From positions 434,001 to 498,000 of the forward strand of contig JAKMXF010000210.1 in assembly GCA_024704765.1 (NCBI GenBank): a stretch of DNA of 64,000 bases, given 5' to 3'. The notes under the pieces are model-generated. The model was not told the DNA's origin. It saw only the letters and a list, made by a program, of their open reading frames with translations, and made no database searches. A program made the translations under genes and the position numbers. The stretch's first letter is position 1. Each line of letters begins with the position of its first letter. Below are positions 55,620-64,000 of the stretch, one piece after another. Origin of the DNA: Oopsacas minuta (Eukaryota > Animalia > Porifera).

Positions 55620-57287
55620 ATGATCAAGTTCATTTATCTCACGCTCCTCTTGCTTATCGTCGTCCAGCTAAATGCAATACCTCTGACATGGCAGAAAGTA
55701 GCTACATCTTCTGATGATTTCCCATCCTCGTATCAGCTAGGAGCTCTTGGTTATCTTGACAAACGACAACAGTTGATATATTTTGGCGGGATTGGTAATA
55801 CAGGAATAACTGCAGACACGTTCATCTGCCAGTTACTAGGCCCACGTGGGGGAAATGTAGCTTGTAATTGGTCACAAATAAACACTACTAATGCGCCTTC
55901 GCCAAGGTTTTACCATTATTCAGGTGTTTGCGAGTCGGAAGAGATATTTGTAGTAGCTGGTGGTCAGGACAACAACAAAGTAAATTTGAATGACATTTGG
56001 TATTACAGATTCGATTCCCAAAACTGGTACTCCATAAATGCAACAGGAACCATTCCTGCCGTGAGATATGCAGGAAGTAGTGGAGTGGTGCCAGGTACTT
56101 GTGAGTTTTTTCTGACAATGGGATTCGGAGGAACTTATCGCAATTCAGACACTTTTATCATTGACCTAACTAACATCACACGAACATCTACTGCGGAGTG
56201 GCGATTAATCTCTCCTTCTTTCAATTCTTACGATCCATCTGGTCCTCACTCACGTTGTCTGAATGCTGGTACTTTTTTGACTGAGGATACGTTTGCAATA
56301 TTTGGAGGTTGTCTCAACTCTCTGGGGTATTTAAGTGGAGGGCCGTGTCCTTCATGGGACAGTTGGTACTTCGATTTACCTTCTAGGACCTGGATTCAAC
56401 TACCCAACTGTCTCGCTCCTCGAAGCTTTGTGCAAATGAGTAATCTTCCCAATAACTCGGCCAGTGCTGTATTGTATGGTGGACGGATTGATAGTAAAGT
56501 TATCTCTACAGTCTCTACTTCCACACCCTCAGATGATGAAGTGGATATTCTAGACTTGACAACTCCTCAGAAATGGTTTCGAAGAATCGCAGAACCTGAT
56601 CCAGTAAATGGTGTACCTACCTGGAGAGACAATCATAATATGATTACAGGATACGGCTTAGTGTTTGTATTTGGAGGAAGTAGTGGACAAGAGCTTTGGA
56701 CACTTTCTGGTGATTATAAAGAGAATGAAGACATTCCTTGTCCTCAACACTTCTTCACTACAGAAATTGCACATGGAATTCTTATGTTCCTTGCTTGGGG
56801 TGTATGTTTCCAAATGGGTGCTGTGATTGCACGTTATGCACAGTTTGCAAATCCTCTCTGGTTCTATTTACACATTACGTTTCAGTTGCTTGGCCTCACC
56901 TTAGCTGTTGCCGGTTTTATTCTAGGATTCCTCAATAGAAGCAAACCATACTTCCCTCATGCCATGATTGGTATAGTGGCAATGGCTCTTGCTCTCTGGC
57001 AGCCGATCAATGCCCTTTATCGTCCTGACCACAAGAAAGGAGAGAAAGATTCTGTATTCCGTTGGATTTGGTACTTTATCCACATGGTGACTGGGCGTAT
57101 CGCTTTACTCATGGGTCTAGTTAACATATGTTTAGGGCTTTTCTTGATAATCTCCCCTAGACCAGTGTGGATTATCTGGTACATCATTCTCTTCGCTTAT
57201 GTCGTGTTTCTTATCGTAATGGAGACCATTTTTTGGATAAGGCGCTATCGCAATAGGAACGATGAAAAACTGAGGAAGAAGGAGTGA
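55620..57287 (+). CDS. Secreted Kelch/beta-propeller fused to a cytochrome b561 (FRRS1-like) domain
   Basis: Signal peptide at ATG 55620; repeated GG-containing Kelch blades; four His-bearing TM segments AHGILM, WFYLH, PHAMIG, FIHMVTGR. Confidence 0.82.
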   Translation: MIKFIYLTLLLLIVVQLNAIPLTWQKVATSSDDFPSSYQLGALGYLDKRQQLIYFGGIGNTGITADTFICQLLGPRGGNVACNWSQINTTNAPSPRFYHYSGVCESEEIFVVAGGQDNNKVNLNDIWYYRFDSQNWYSINATGTIPAVRYAGSSGVVPGTCEFFLTMGFGGTYRNSDTFIIDLTNITRTSTAEWRLISPSFNSYDPSGPHSRCLNAGTFLTEDTFAIFGGCLNSLGYLSGGPCPSWDSWYFDLPSRTWIQLPNCLAPRSFVQMSNLPNNSASAVLYGGRIDSKVISTVSTSTPSDDEVDILDLTTPQKWFRRIAEPDPVNGVPTWRDNHNMITGYGLVFVFGGSSGQELWTLSGDYKENEDIPCPQHFFTTEIAHGILMFLAWGVCFQMGAVIARYAQFANPLWFYLHITFQLLGLTLAVAGFILGFLNRSKPYFPHAMIGIVAMALALWQPINALYRPDHKKGEKDSVFRWIWYFIHMVTGRIALLMGLVNICLGLFLIISPRPVWIIWYIILFAYVVFLIVMETIFWIRRYRNRNDEKLRKKE

Positions 57288-58214
57288 TTCTTCAAACAGT
57301 TTCCCCTTACTCATTACTTTCTTTATTTTCTGTTTTATTTATCATAGCATTCTCTCTTCTTACATTTAGCAGCATATTTAACCATCTTTCTTGTTTTTGT
57401 GTTTCAATTCTCTAATACTGTAATAAACACATTCTATCAATTTATATGAATCAATCATAGGCAGGGACGCCCAACTTGAACGACCCCCAAGCCCTCTGCC
57501 ACTCCGGGTTCTGCGTCTATGGTCATAGCTCATAGGTTTCTATACTTAAGGCCCCTGTTAATGAGAAACTTGTTTCAGCTCCACATGACTTTGATCTAGT
57601 ATGCATGCTGGCGGGCAGCTCATTATCATTATCTTTTATGACGTTATGATAGCGTAAAGAGGCCAATTCAAGGAAAAGTATAATAATTATACTTCAAAAA
57701 TGTTAATTGAGTGTGTCAATGTTAATACGAGCTACTATTGACCCGTTTGTTAGTAGAAATGTTGTGTGTAGATGAATTTCACTGAGAAATAGTGAAGTAA
57801 TGACCAAAATTCCAACAATGGCAATATTCCTGCTGCAAGTAAACTCGATGAGGGCGGTGGAGCTGAAACAAGTTTCCGACTAACAGTGGCCTAATCAAAC
57901 TTAGATTATGCGATTGCCTAATTTGTTACATACTTGTTAATTATATTGTGGGGCTCAGATTAGTGATTATCAGTTCTACATAATTACTACGTATTTTGTT
58001 GACAAATGGAAATATACTTTGGTCAACTCGACAAGAATATCTAATGTATATGTTGCTTTCCTAGGCACTGCGTACTGCAAATTGCAGGAAATATAGCTTA
58101 ATTACTACTCATGATTAATGTGTTAGAAGACACTACGTATATATTTAGAGTTTAGTTATAACATTCTAATCCATGTGTAAATGATGCCCGCATTATTTCT
58201 CTAACATAATAATG

Positions 58215-58462
58215 CACTGCCTGCCCTGAAGTATTAGAACACTACACCACTTGTGGCATACGGCGAGAATACGTTGAAAGATTTTATGAATATATCAGAA
58301 AGTAGGACAATAGCTTCTTCTTCTTATCATTTGTTGTTTATGGTATACGTATTTATGTTACAATTGTTAGAATAGATCTTTAGTCTATAAACAAAGGTGA
58401 CATGCCTGTAGTGCAAGGTGTCAATTGTGGCAGGGTGTTCCAATACCTTAGGCCAGGTAGTG
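58215..58462. mobile_element. Decayed Tc1/mariner-like MITE
   Basis: Left CACTGCCTGCCCTGAAGTATTAGAACAC and right GGTGTTCCAATACCTTAGGCCAGGTAGTG+TA; same family as the fragment at 24768. Confidence 0.7.
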
Positions 58463-58730
58463 TAGTTTACGAGGACATTTTAATATCTAAATTTCTATAA
58501 TTTTGCTTCGACGTATATTCACCTTCCAGGGACATCCACCTCCACATGGAAAGTTCTACTTTACAAAAGGTTACGTATTAGTCGAATTAGTCTTCTATCA
58601 AATTTGTGTTCTGTACGCTTTAATGGTCCGGGTGCTACGCTATCCTGGTCGGCCTGGCAGTAACAGTTCGGGGTGGAAAAATCATGGCATGTAAGGCTTT
58701 AAGGGTCAGTATGGTTTACTATAAGTATCC

Positions 58731-58810
58731 CCGGGCCAGTTGTGCAATTATAGTCGACTATACTGGTCCGAGGGATTACTTGTAGTCAGCTATATTATAA
58801 CTGGTCCCGG
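58731..58810. repeat. Imperfect palindromic repeat remnant
   Basis: CCGGGCCAGTT ... AACTGGTCCCGG arms, with a perfect internal palindrome TATAGTCGACTATA at 58749..58762. Confidence 0.55.
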
Positions 58811-59016
58811 CGTCACAACTAATAGTGTTCCCCCGCTCAAACTTACTAGTAATGTTCTATCAAACAAGTTTATTAGGTTACTTCATGAAATACCCTGATT
58901 CATACTCGTAGATAGTGTTTGGGAAATCGATTCACTCATGACTAGATTATTGTTATTCTCTAGTATTTTCCAATAGCGCAGTGTTGTTCACATACCTAGT
59001 TGCATCCAAATTCAAA

Positions 59017-62000
59017 ATGGCTACAAGCCCAGAAGCCTTGGAAGAAGCCATTGAACTGGACATAAATACAAAAGCCAATGAATCCCTACTTCCTACAGAC
59101 AGAATTATAGATACTCTCACCCTCTCAGACCTATCAGCACCTGACACCTCCCAACTGGACACATTCTCTCTATCAGCTGAGCCGAGCAAACCTAGCCAGA
59201 ATTGGCAGCTGACGTCATATAAGAAGGAGAATGAACGTCTCAGGAATCAAGTTGTGAAATTACGTAAATATTTGGATTCTGAGAAGGAACAGTTGAAGTT
59301 TATCAAGAAAGATGCTCAGGAGACGTTAGTACGAGTAAGGAAGGAAGAGAGAGACACAGCTCGACACAAACACAATGAACTTCAGCTGAAACTAGAGAGA
59401 CAGAATCAGGGACAACTGAAGAGCTCTGAATCTCACTGGCAGAGTGAAGTCGTGCGTTTACAAGGAGACATACGACAGTTGAGACAGGAGACAGCTAGAT
59501 TGAAAGTACAGCAACAGAACTTAGAAGTTGCAAAGAGACGTGCTGAAGAAGATCTACGTAAATTCTCTCAACAGCATGATAGTGAAGTAGAGGTGCTACG
59601 TCGTGCGGGTGGACAAGATCTCAGGAAGCAACATGATGAGTTGAGGTCTCGAGATAAGGAGTTGAGAGATAAGAAGAGAGAACTGGATCATGTAAATGAA
59701 CGGGCGCTTCGTATGGAGAGTAAAGTTGATGAGCTTGAAGCTACATTAGCCAGGTTGAAGGGTGGTTTATCTCTGGAAAAAGCTAGCCCCAGGGCTCTAC
59801 TGGACTCACGAGAAGCATCCATAGGAGATCGATCTTATTCTGACGTCACAACGCCTCTGCACTATAAAGAAGTGGTTACAGGTGGACCAGAAGAAGTAAG
59901 TTTAGCTAGTCCAGTTACGGATAAAGATAGATCTGTTATGCACAAGAACGCTGAGTTGAGTGCTCTTGCTCATAGGCTAGACGAAAAAGTGAAAAAGTTA
60001 AATGGAGAAAAACAGGAATTGTTAGATAAGTTGAAGAAGGGGCAGATATCCTCTGATCCTCTGAAAGAAGACAACAGGAAATTGAGTTCCAAATGCAGTG
60101 ACCTATCCAGTTCTCTGCGTAGAACTGAGGAAAGAGAAAAACAAGCCCTAGGAGAGGCTAAGAAGTTGAAACTAAATCAAACTAAATTTGAGGAACTAAT
60201 CACTACAGCTAAGCAAGAGTTATCAGCTGAGAAGAGTAAAAATTTACGTCATAAATTGGGCAGACAGCAATTGGAGAGAGCACAGGTTGAGCTAAAACGC
60301 TTACAATCAGAATTAACTGGCCATAAGGATACAATACAGAACTTGGAGAAAGAACGAGAAGACCTAAAGAAACGAATTGATCTCCTCAAACATTCAAAGA
60401 AACTTCTCAGTGAGGAGAGAGACAACGCTATGAAGCAATCAAATCAACTGATTACAGATCAGAACAATGCCAGTGAGAAGGAATGGGAGAATGCATCACA
60501 AGCAAGCTTCATACAAGCTGAGATGGATCAGGTCATATTTGAGAGAGACGAATTGAAAGCTTCTATAGTACAGTTACACCTGGAACATATAACACTACAG
60601 AGAGCTAACAGCTTACTCAATGAACTGAATGAGGCTAGCAACAATAAAGAGGAGAGTATTGAATCTGAATTGAAGAGATCTGATGAATTAGAGAGAATTG
60701 AGAGTGAGCTTAAACTTAGCAATGAGCGAATAGCAGAACTAGAATCTGAGTTAGCTATACAAGCTGGGACTATTGATAATTCTGAGCTAGACCAACGAAT
60801 TTCCTATCTAACTCAATCTCTAAGCTCTACAGAAGCAGAGCTGAGTGTGGCTAATGACAGAATAAATGAGCTTGAAGGAGAATTACAAACAAATATTGCT
60901 GCTGAGGAGGACAGGCAAATTACTGTTGTACAATTACACGAACAGATTGAACAATTACAACAAGATATTAAAGTGAAAAGCGTAGCTCACGAGGAAGAAC
61001 TGTCACTTGTCAAATCTGAGAGGTCCCGATTACATGAGCAGTTAGATGATAAGATTAATAGAGTTACAGAGTTAGAGATCAGTTTATCAGAAGCTATTGA
61101 TAATACCGCTCAGCTGGAAGCAAGACTGGATCAGCTGTCTAGTGACAAGATAGAGCATACTAATTTAGAGGAGATGAAAAATCAAGAGGTCCAGCACCTT
61201 GAAACGGAGCTGAAATCTGCTCAAGAAGCACTTGGAAATATCTCTAATGATAAAATACTTCTTTCTAATGAAGTGAGTGAATTGAGAGAGTCTCTAAATG
61301 CTATAACAGAGCTGAAAGATAAAGAAGAAGTTGAGAGAGAAGATCTCCTGGAGAGATTAGAACAAGTTAAGCAAGAGCTAGCTAAAGCTCAGGATGACAG
61401 AGATCAGATGAGAGACAGATTAACTGTAGCAGAGGTTAGTTTAATGGGTGAGCAGCATTTGAATGAAAAGATACAAAACTTAGAACAGCTGAACAAGAAA
61501 ACTTCAGATGAGAATGCTGTGTTACAGATGAGAGCTGATCAGCTGGGAATTATAGAGTGTGAGCTAGAGACTAACAGAAATCAGCTGGAAAGATTAAGAG
61601 ACAAGGAGAGAGAGCTAGAAGGAGATATTAGAGTATTGAAACTAGAGAAAGAGGAATCTCAGTTGGATCTACAGATCTGTAGAGAATCTCTGAATAAGGA
61701 AATTAGTAAATTAAATGAAGAGAAGAATAATATGGTGGAAGCTTATTCCTTACAGCTTAGTGAGGCTCAGACAGAGATTGATCATCTCCGTTCTATTACA
61801 ACTACGGCAGACAAATCCGGAGAGGCAAAATCATCTCCTGACGCATCTCTTTTACGCTCTCGGGTACAAGCTCTAACTCAGCAACTGGAAGAAGTGCAGA
61901 GAGAGCGAGATAATCAGGAGCAAGAGATGGAAAAGACATTACTAGCTAAACAGACAGAACTAGACCAGATACAATACAACCTACACGAGACTGAGGCTAA

Positions 62001-64000
62001 ATTAGCTGATGCCCTACAGAATGCATTACAAATGAGTGAAAGTAAGCCTATTGCACCATTGGATAGTCCTAGTAGTGTTTGTGATAACGATATGAAACGA
62101 GAACTTAAAGTACACATAGAAGCAGCTCTCCTTAACATGAGAGAGGGAACACCAGAAGCTACTAAGAAACATTTACATGTTATACAAGGCATCATTGAAC
62201 ATATCTCTCTTAATCAGAACCCTGAAAATACTGGCACTAGTGACGAGTTTAGTTTCAATAATATTATTGTTGAGATTGATAATGATAAAGAAATGATGCG
62301 ACAGGAGTTAGCTGAGTTCCAAGAAGCTTTCTCAGCTCTAGAGGAGGAGCTGGAAGAGGCACGAGCTACTCTGCAGTCTTTTCAGGATCAAGAAAAGGAT
62401 TTAACTCAGAAAAACAGGATGATACAAGATCTACGTTCTCAGGTTTCAGATTTAAAACTTATAATTTCAACAGAGACACAACGCAATCAGCACGAAAAGT
62501 CTAGCCCCGGTTCTTTAGGAGATGAGCACTCTATCACTGCTAGTCTGCTTGATAGTCCTCAGTCCAGGTTCTTAGAGCCCCGTCTATTCGTTACTCTGTT
62601 TGACTATGATCCTATGAGTCTTTGCACTACAGGACATCCTGAGAGACAACTCCCTCTTAAAGCTGGTGATATTATAGTAGTGCATGGAGACATGAATGCT
62701 ACTGCTCACTATCAAGCTACACACGGAGGTACTGCTGGATTAGTGCCTGCTAACTTCATAGAAGAATTGATAATATCAGATACATTAGCTAGACAGAGAC
62801 TACTGCACCAGTCTCTGTCACCTGAGAAGAAGGATAGGATTAGAAGTGTAGGAGAAGAAGCTTATTCCTCAAGTGAAGACGACAACAACGAGGTTAGACA
62901 CTCAGGAGTTAGAATTCCAATGTGTGTATCTGACCTCTGTGTTGATAAGGTATTTCAAGACAGTATTGTTCTCAGCTGGGAGCCTCCAAAATTATCTTCC
63001 TCCGGTAAATCTAATGGAGCTTACGTGCTAGGATACAGAGCTCTTGTTAACAATGAACCTAAGAAGGATGTGATCGGTGCCCTGCAGGTAAAGTGTTTGC
63101 TAGAAGGAATGACCTCGGGTGTCCCTCTAACTATTCAACTCATTACTCTATCTGATAATGATTTATGTTCACACCCCTGTACAATTCAACATCCACCAAT
63201 ATATTCCTCTCATTCACGGCCTTCTACAGCCTCTTCTCACTTCTCTCTCCCTGCTTCTCTAGCCGACACGATCTCCCCTGCTACCAGCTCATCCACCATT
63301 CTAGAACCTTCTCATAATGTGGTTGCTATCTACGACTATAATGCAATTATTGACTCACCTAATGATAACCACGAGTTTGAACTAAGCTTCAAAGGAGGCG
63401 ACTTAATTACTGTATTCGGATGTGTGATGGAAGATGGTTTCTACTTCGGAGAACTTAATGGGAAGAAAGGGCTTGTGCCTTCTAACTTTGTACAAGAGTA
63501 TTGCGAATCTGATATACAAACTCTAGATACAACTCGAGCTACGAATCAGAGCACGAACAGGCCACAGAGCTCAGATTCTCAATCTCTAATTGCCTCTACT
63601 CCAGATCCTCAGTTACCTAAATCGAAACAAGTACAGGTATTGGCTTTATACTCATACGATCCTTATACAATGTCTCCTAATGAAAATCCTGAAATAGAGC
63701 TGGCATTCAAAGAGGGTGATATATTAAGAATACAGCCTGATATGGATAAGTATGGGTTCTTTCAGGGTGAAATGGATGGGATTCAGGGTCTTATACCTTC
63801 TAACTTTGTTACTGAGTTAGATACTGATTTCAGTGAAGTACAGCTCGAACAAGCTAGCGGCGTTTCACCTCTTCCAGAAATCTTTTCTGACAATGATGCC
63901 GAGGATATTGCCAACCTCATCCAGGAAAAACCGCGAAAAGGTGTCTTCAAAAAGGGAAAGAATTTTGTAAAGAAGTTAGGACGCATAGGTTCTCCCAGAA
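59017..64000 (+). CDS. RIMBP2: RIM-binding protein-like scaffold (long coiled coil, SH3, FN3, SH3, SH3); 3' partial
   Basis: Frame-1 ORF runs off the window end, so it is absent from the ORF track. SH3 domains LFDYDP...GLVPANF, IYDYN..SPND..EFELSF...GLVPSNF and LYSYDPYTMSPNENPEIELAF...GLIPSNF; FN3 SWEPP...GY. Confidence 0.85.
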   Translation, partial: MATSPEALEEAIELDINTKANESLLPTDRIIDTLTLSDLSAPDTSQLDTFSLSAEPSKPSQNWQLTSYKKENERLRNQVVKLRKYLDSEKEQLKFIKKDAQETLVRVRKEERDTARHKHNELQLKLERQNQGQLKSSESHWQSEVVRLQGDIRQLRQETARLKVQQQNLEVAKRRAEEDLRKFSQQHDSEVEVLRRAGGQDLRKQHDELRSRDKELRDKKRELDHVNERALRMESKVDELEATLARLKGGLSLEKASPRALLDSREASIGDRSYSDVTTPLHYKEVVTGGPEEVSLASPVTDKDRSVMHKNAELSALAHRLDEKVKKLNGEKQELLDKLKKGQISSDPLKEDNRKLSSKCSDLSSSLRRTEEREKQALGEAKKLKLNQTKFEELITTAKQELSAEKSKNLRHKLGRQQLERAQVELKRLQSELTGHKDTIQNLEKEREDLKKRIDLLKHSKKLLSEERDNAMKQSNQLITDQNNASEKEWENASQASFIQAEMDQVIFERDELKASIVQLHLEHITLQRANSLLNELNEASNNKEESIESELKRSDELERIESELKLSNERIAELESELAIQAGTIDNSELDQRISYLTQSLSSTEAELSVANDRINELEGELQTNIAAEEDRQITVVQLHEQIEQLQQDIKVKSVAHEEELSLVKSERSRLHEQLDDKINRVTELEISLSEAIDNTAQLEARLDQLSSDKIEHTNLEEMKNQEVQHLETELKSAQEALGNISNDKILLSNEVSELRESLNAITELKDKEEVEREDLLERLEQVKQELAKAQDDRDQMRDRLTVAEVSLMGEQHLNEKIQNLEQLNKKTSDENAVLQMRADQLGIIECELETNRNQLERLRDKERELEGDIRVLKLEKEESQLDLQICRESLNKEISKLNEEKNNMVEAYSLQLSEAQTEIDHLRSITTTADKSGEAKSSPDASLLRSRVQALTQQLEEVQRERDNQEQEMEKTLLAKQTELDQIQYNLHETEAKLADALQNALQMSESKPIAPLDSPSSVCDNDMKRELKVHIEAALLNMREGTPEATKKHLHVIQGIIEHISLNQNPENTGTSDEFSFNNIIVEIDNDKEMMRQELAEFQEAFSALEEELEEARATLQSFQDQEKDLTQKNRMIQDLRSQVSDLKLIISTETQRNQHEKSSPGSLGDEHSITASLLDSPQSRFLEPRLFVTLFDYDPMSLCTTGHPERQLPLKAGDIIVVHGDMNATAHYQATHGGTAGLVPANFIEELIISDTLARQRLLHQSLSPEKKDRIRSVGEEAYSSSEDDNNEVRHSGVRIPMCVSDLCVDKVFQDSIVLSWEPPKLSSSGKSNGAYVLGYRALVNNEPKKDVIGALQVKCLLEGMTSGVPLTIQLITLSDNDLCSHPCTIQHPPIYSSHSRPSTASSHFSLPASLADTISPATSSSTILEPSHNVVAIYDYNAIIDSPNDNHEFELSFKGGDLITVFGCVMEDGFYFGELNGKKGLVPSNFVQEYCESDIQTLDTTRATNQSTNRPQSSDSQSLIASTPDPQLPKSKQVQVLALYSYDPYTMSPNENPEIELAFKEGDILRIQPDMDKYGFFQGEMDGIQGLIPSNFVTELDTDFSEVQLEQASGVSPLPEIFSDNDAEDIANLIQEKPRKGVFKKGKNFVKKLGRIGSPR

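Noticed and set aside
57456-57521. 66-bp GC-rich mini-element with CATAG/CTATG ends
   Set aside because: The TIR is short and imperfect, and there is no TSD.

Overview
AT-rich, compact, intron-poor eukaryotic (animal) genomic DNA with about 30 protein-coding genes. Many are single-exon and most introns are 54-73 nt. No rRNA, tRNA or CRISPR array was seen. The animal-type gene set (class C GPCR, RIM-binding protein, tetraspanin, FUT10/11), tight packing and nested genes suggest a glass sponge (Hexactinellida); this taxon call is inference only. The main structural result is gene nesting. A 10-exon EXD2 gene (17307..26272, every splice phase consistent, 603 aa) carries five complete genes in its introns, three on the same strand and two antisense. 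A second spliced gene (46691..50640) carries an antisense CCHC-TatD gene in its last intron. Most ATGs lie just downstream of a 3'-splice-site-like AG in long co-directional runs, suggesting SL trans-splicing or operons. Unusual proteins include a SAM-UBL-U-box-VWA-E2-U-box fusion, a Kelch-cytochrome b561 fusion, a tandem family of Tyr-rich type I membrane proteins, a PLA2-like HD protein and a Maf-like bZIP lacking its DNA-contact residues. Five MITE-type elements were found from their terminal inverted repeats (TIRs).
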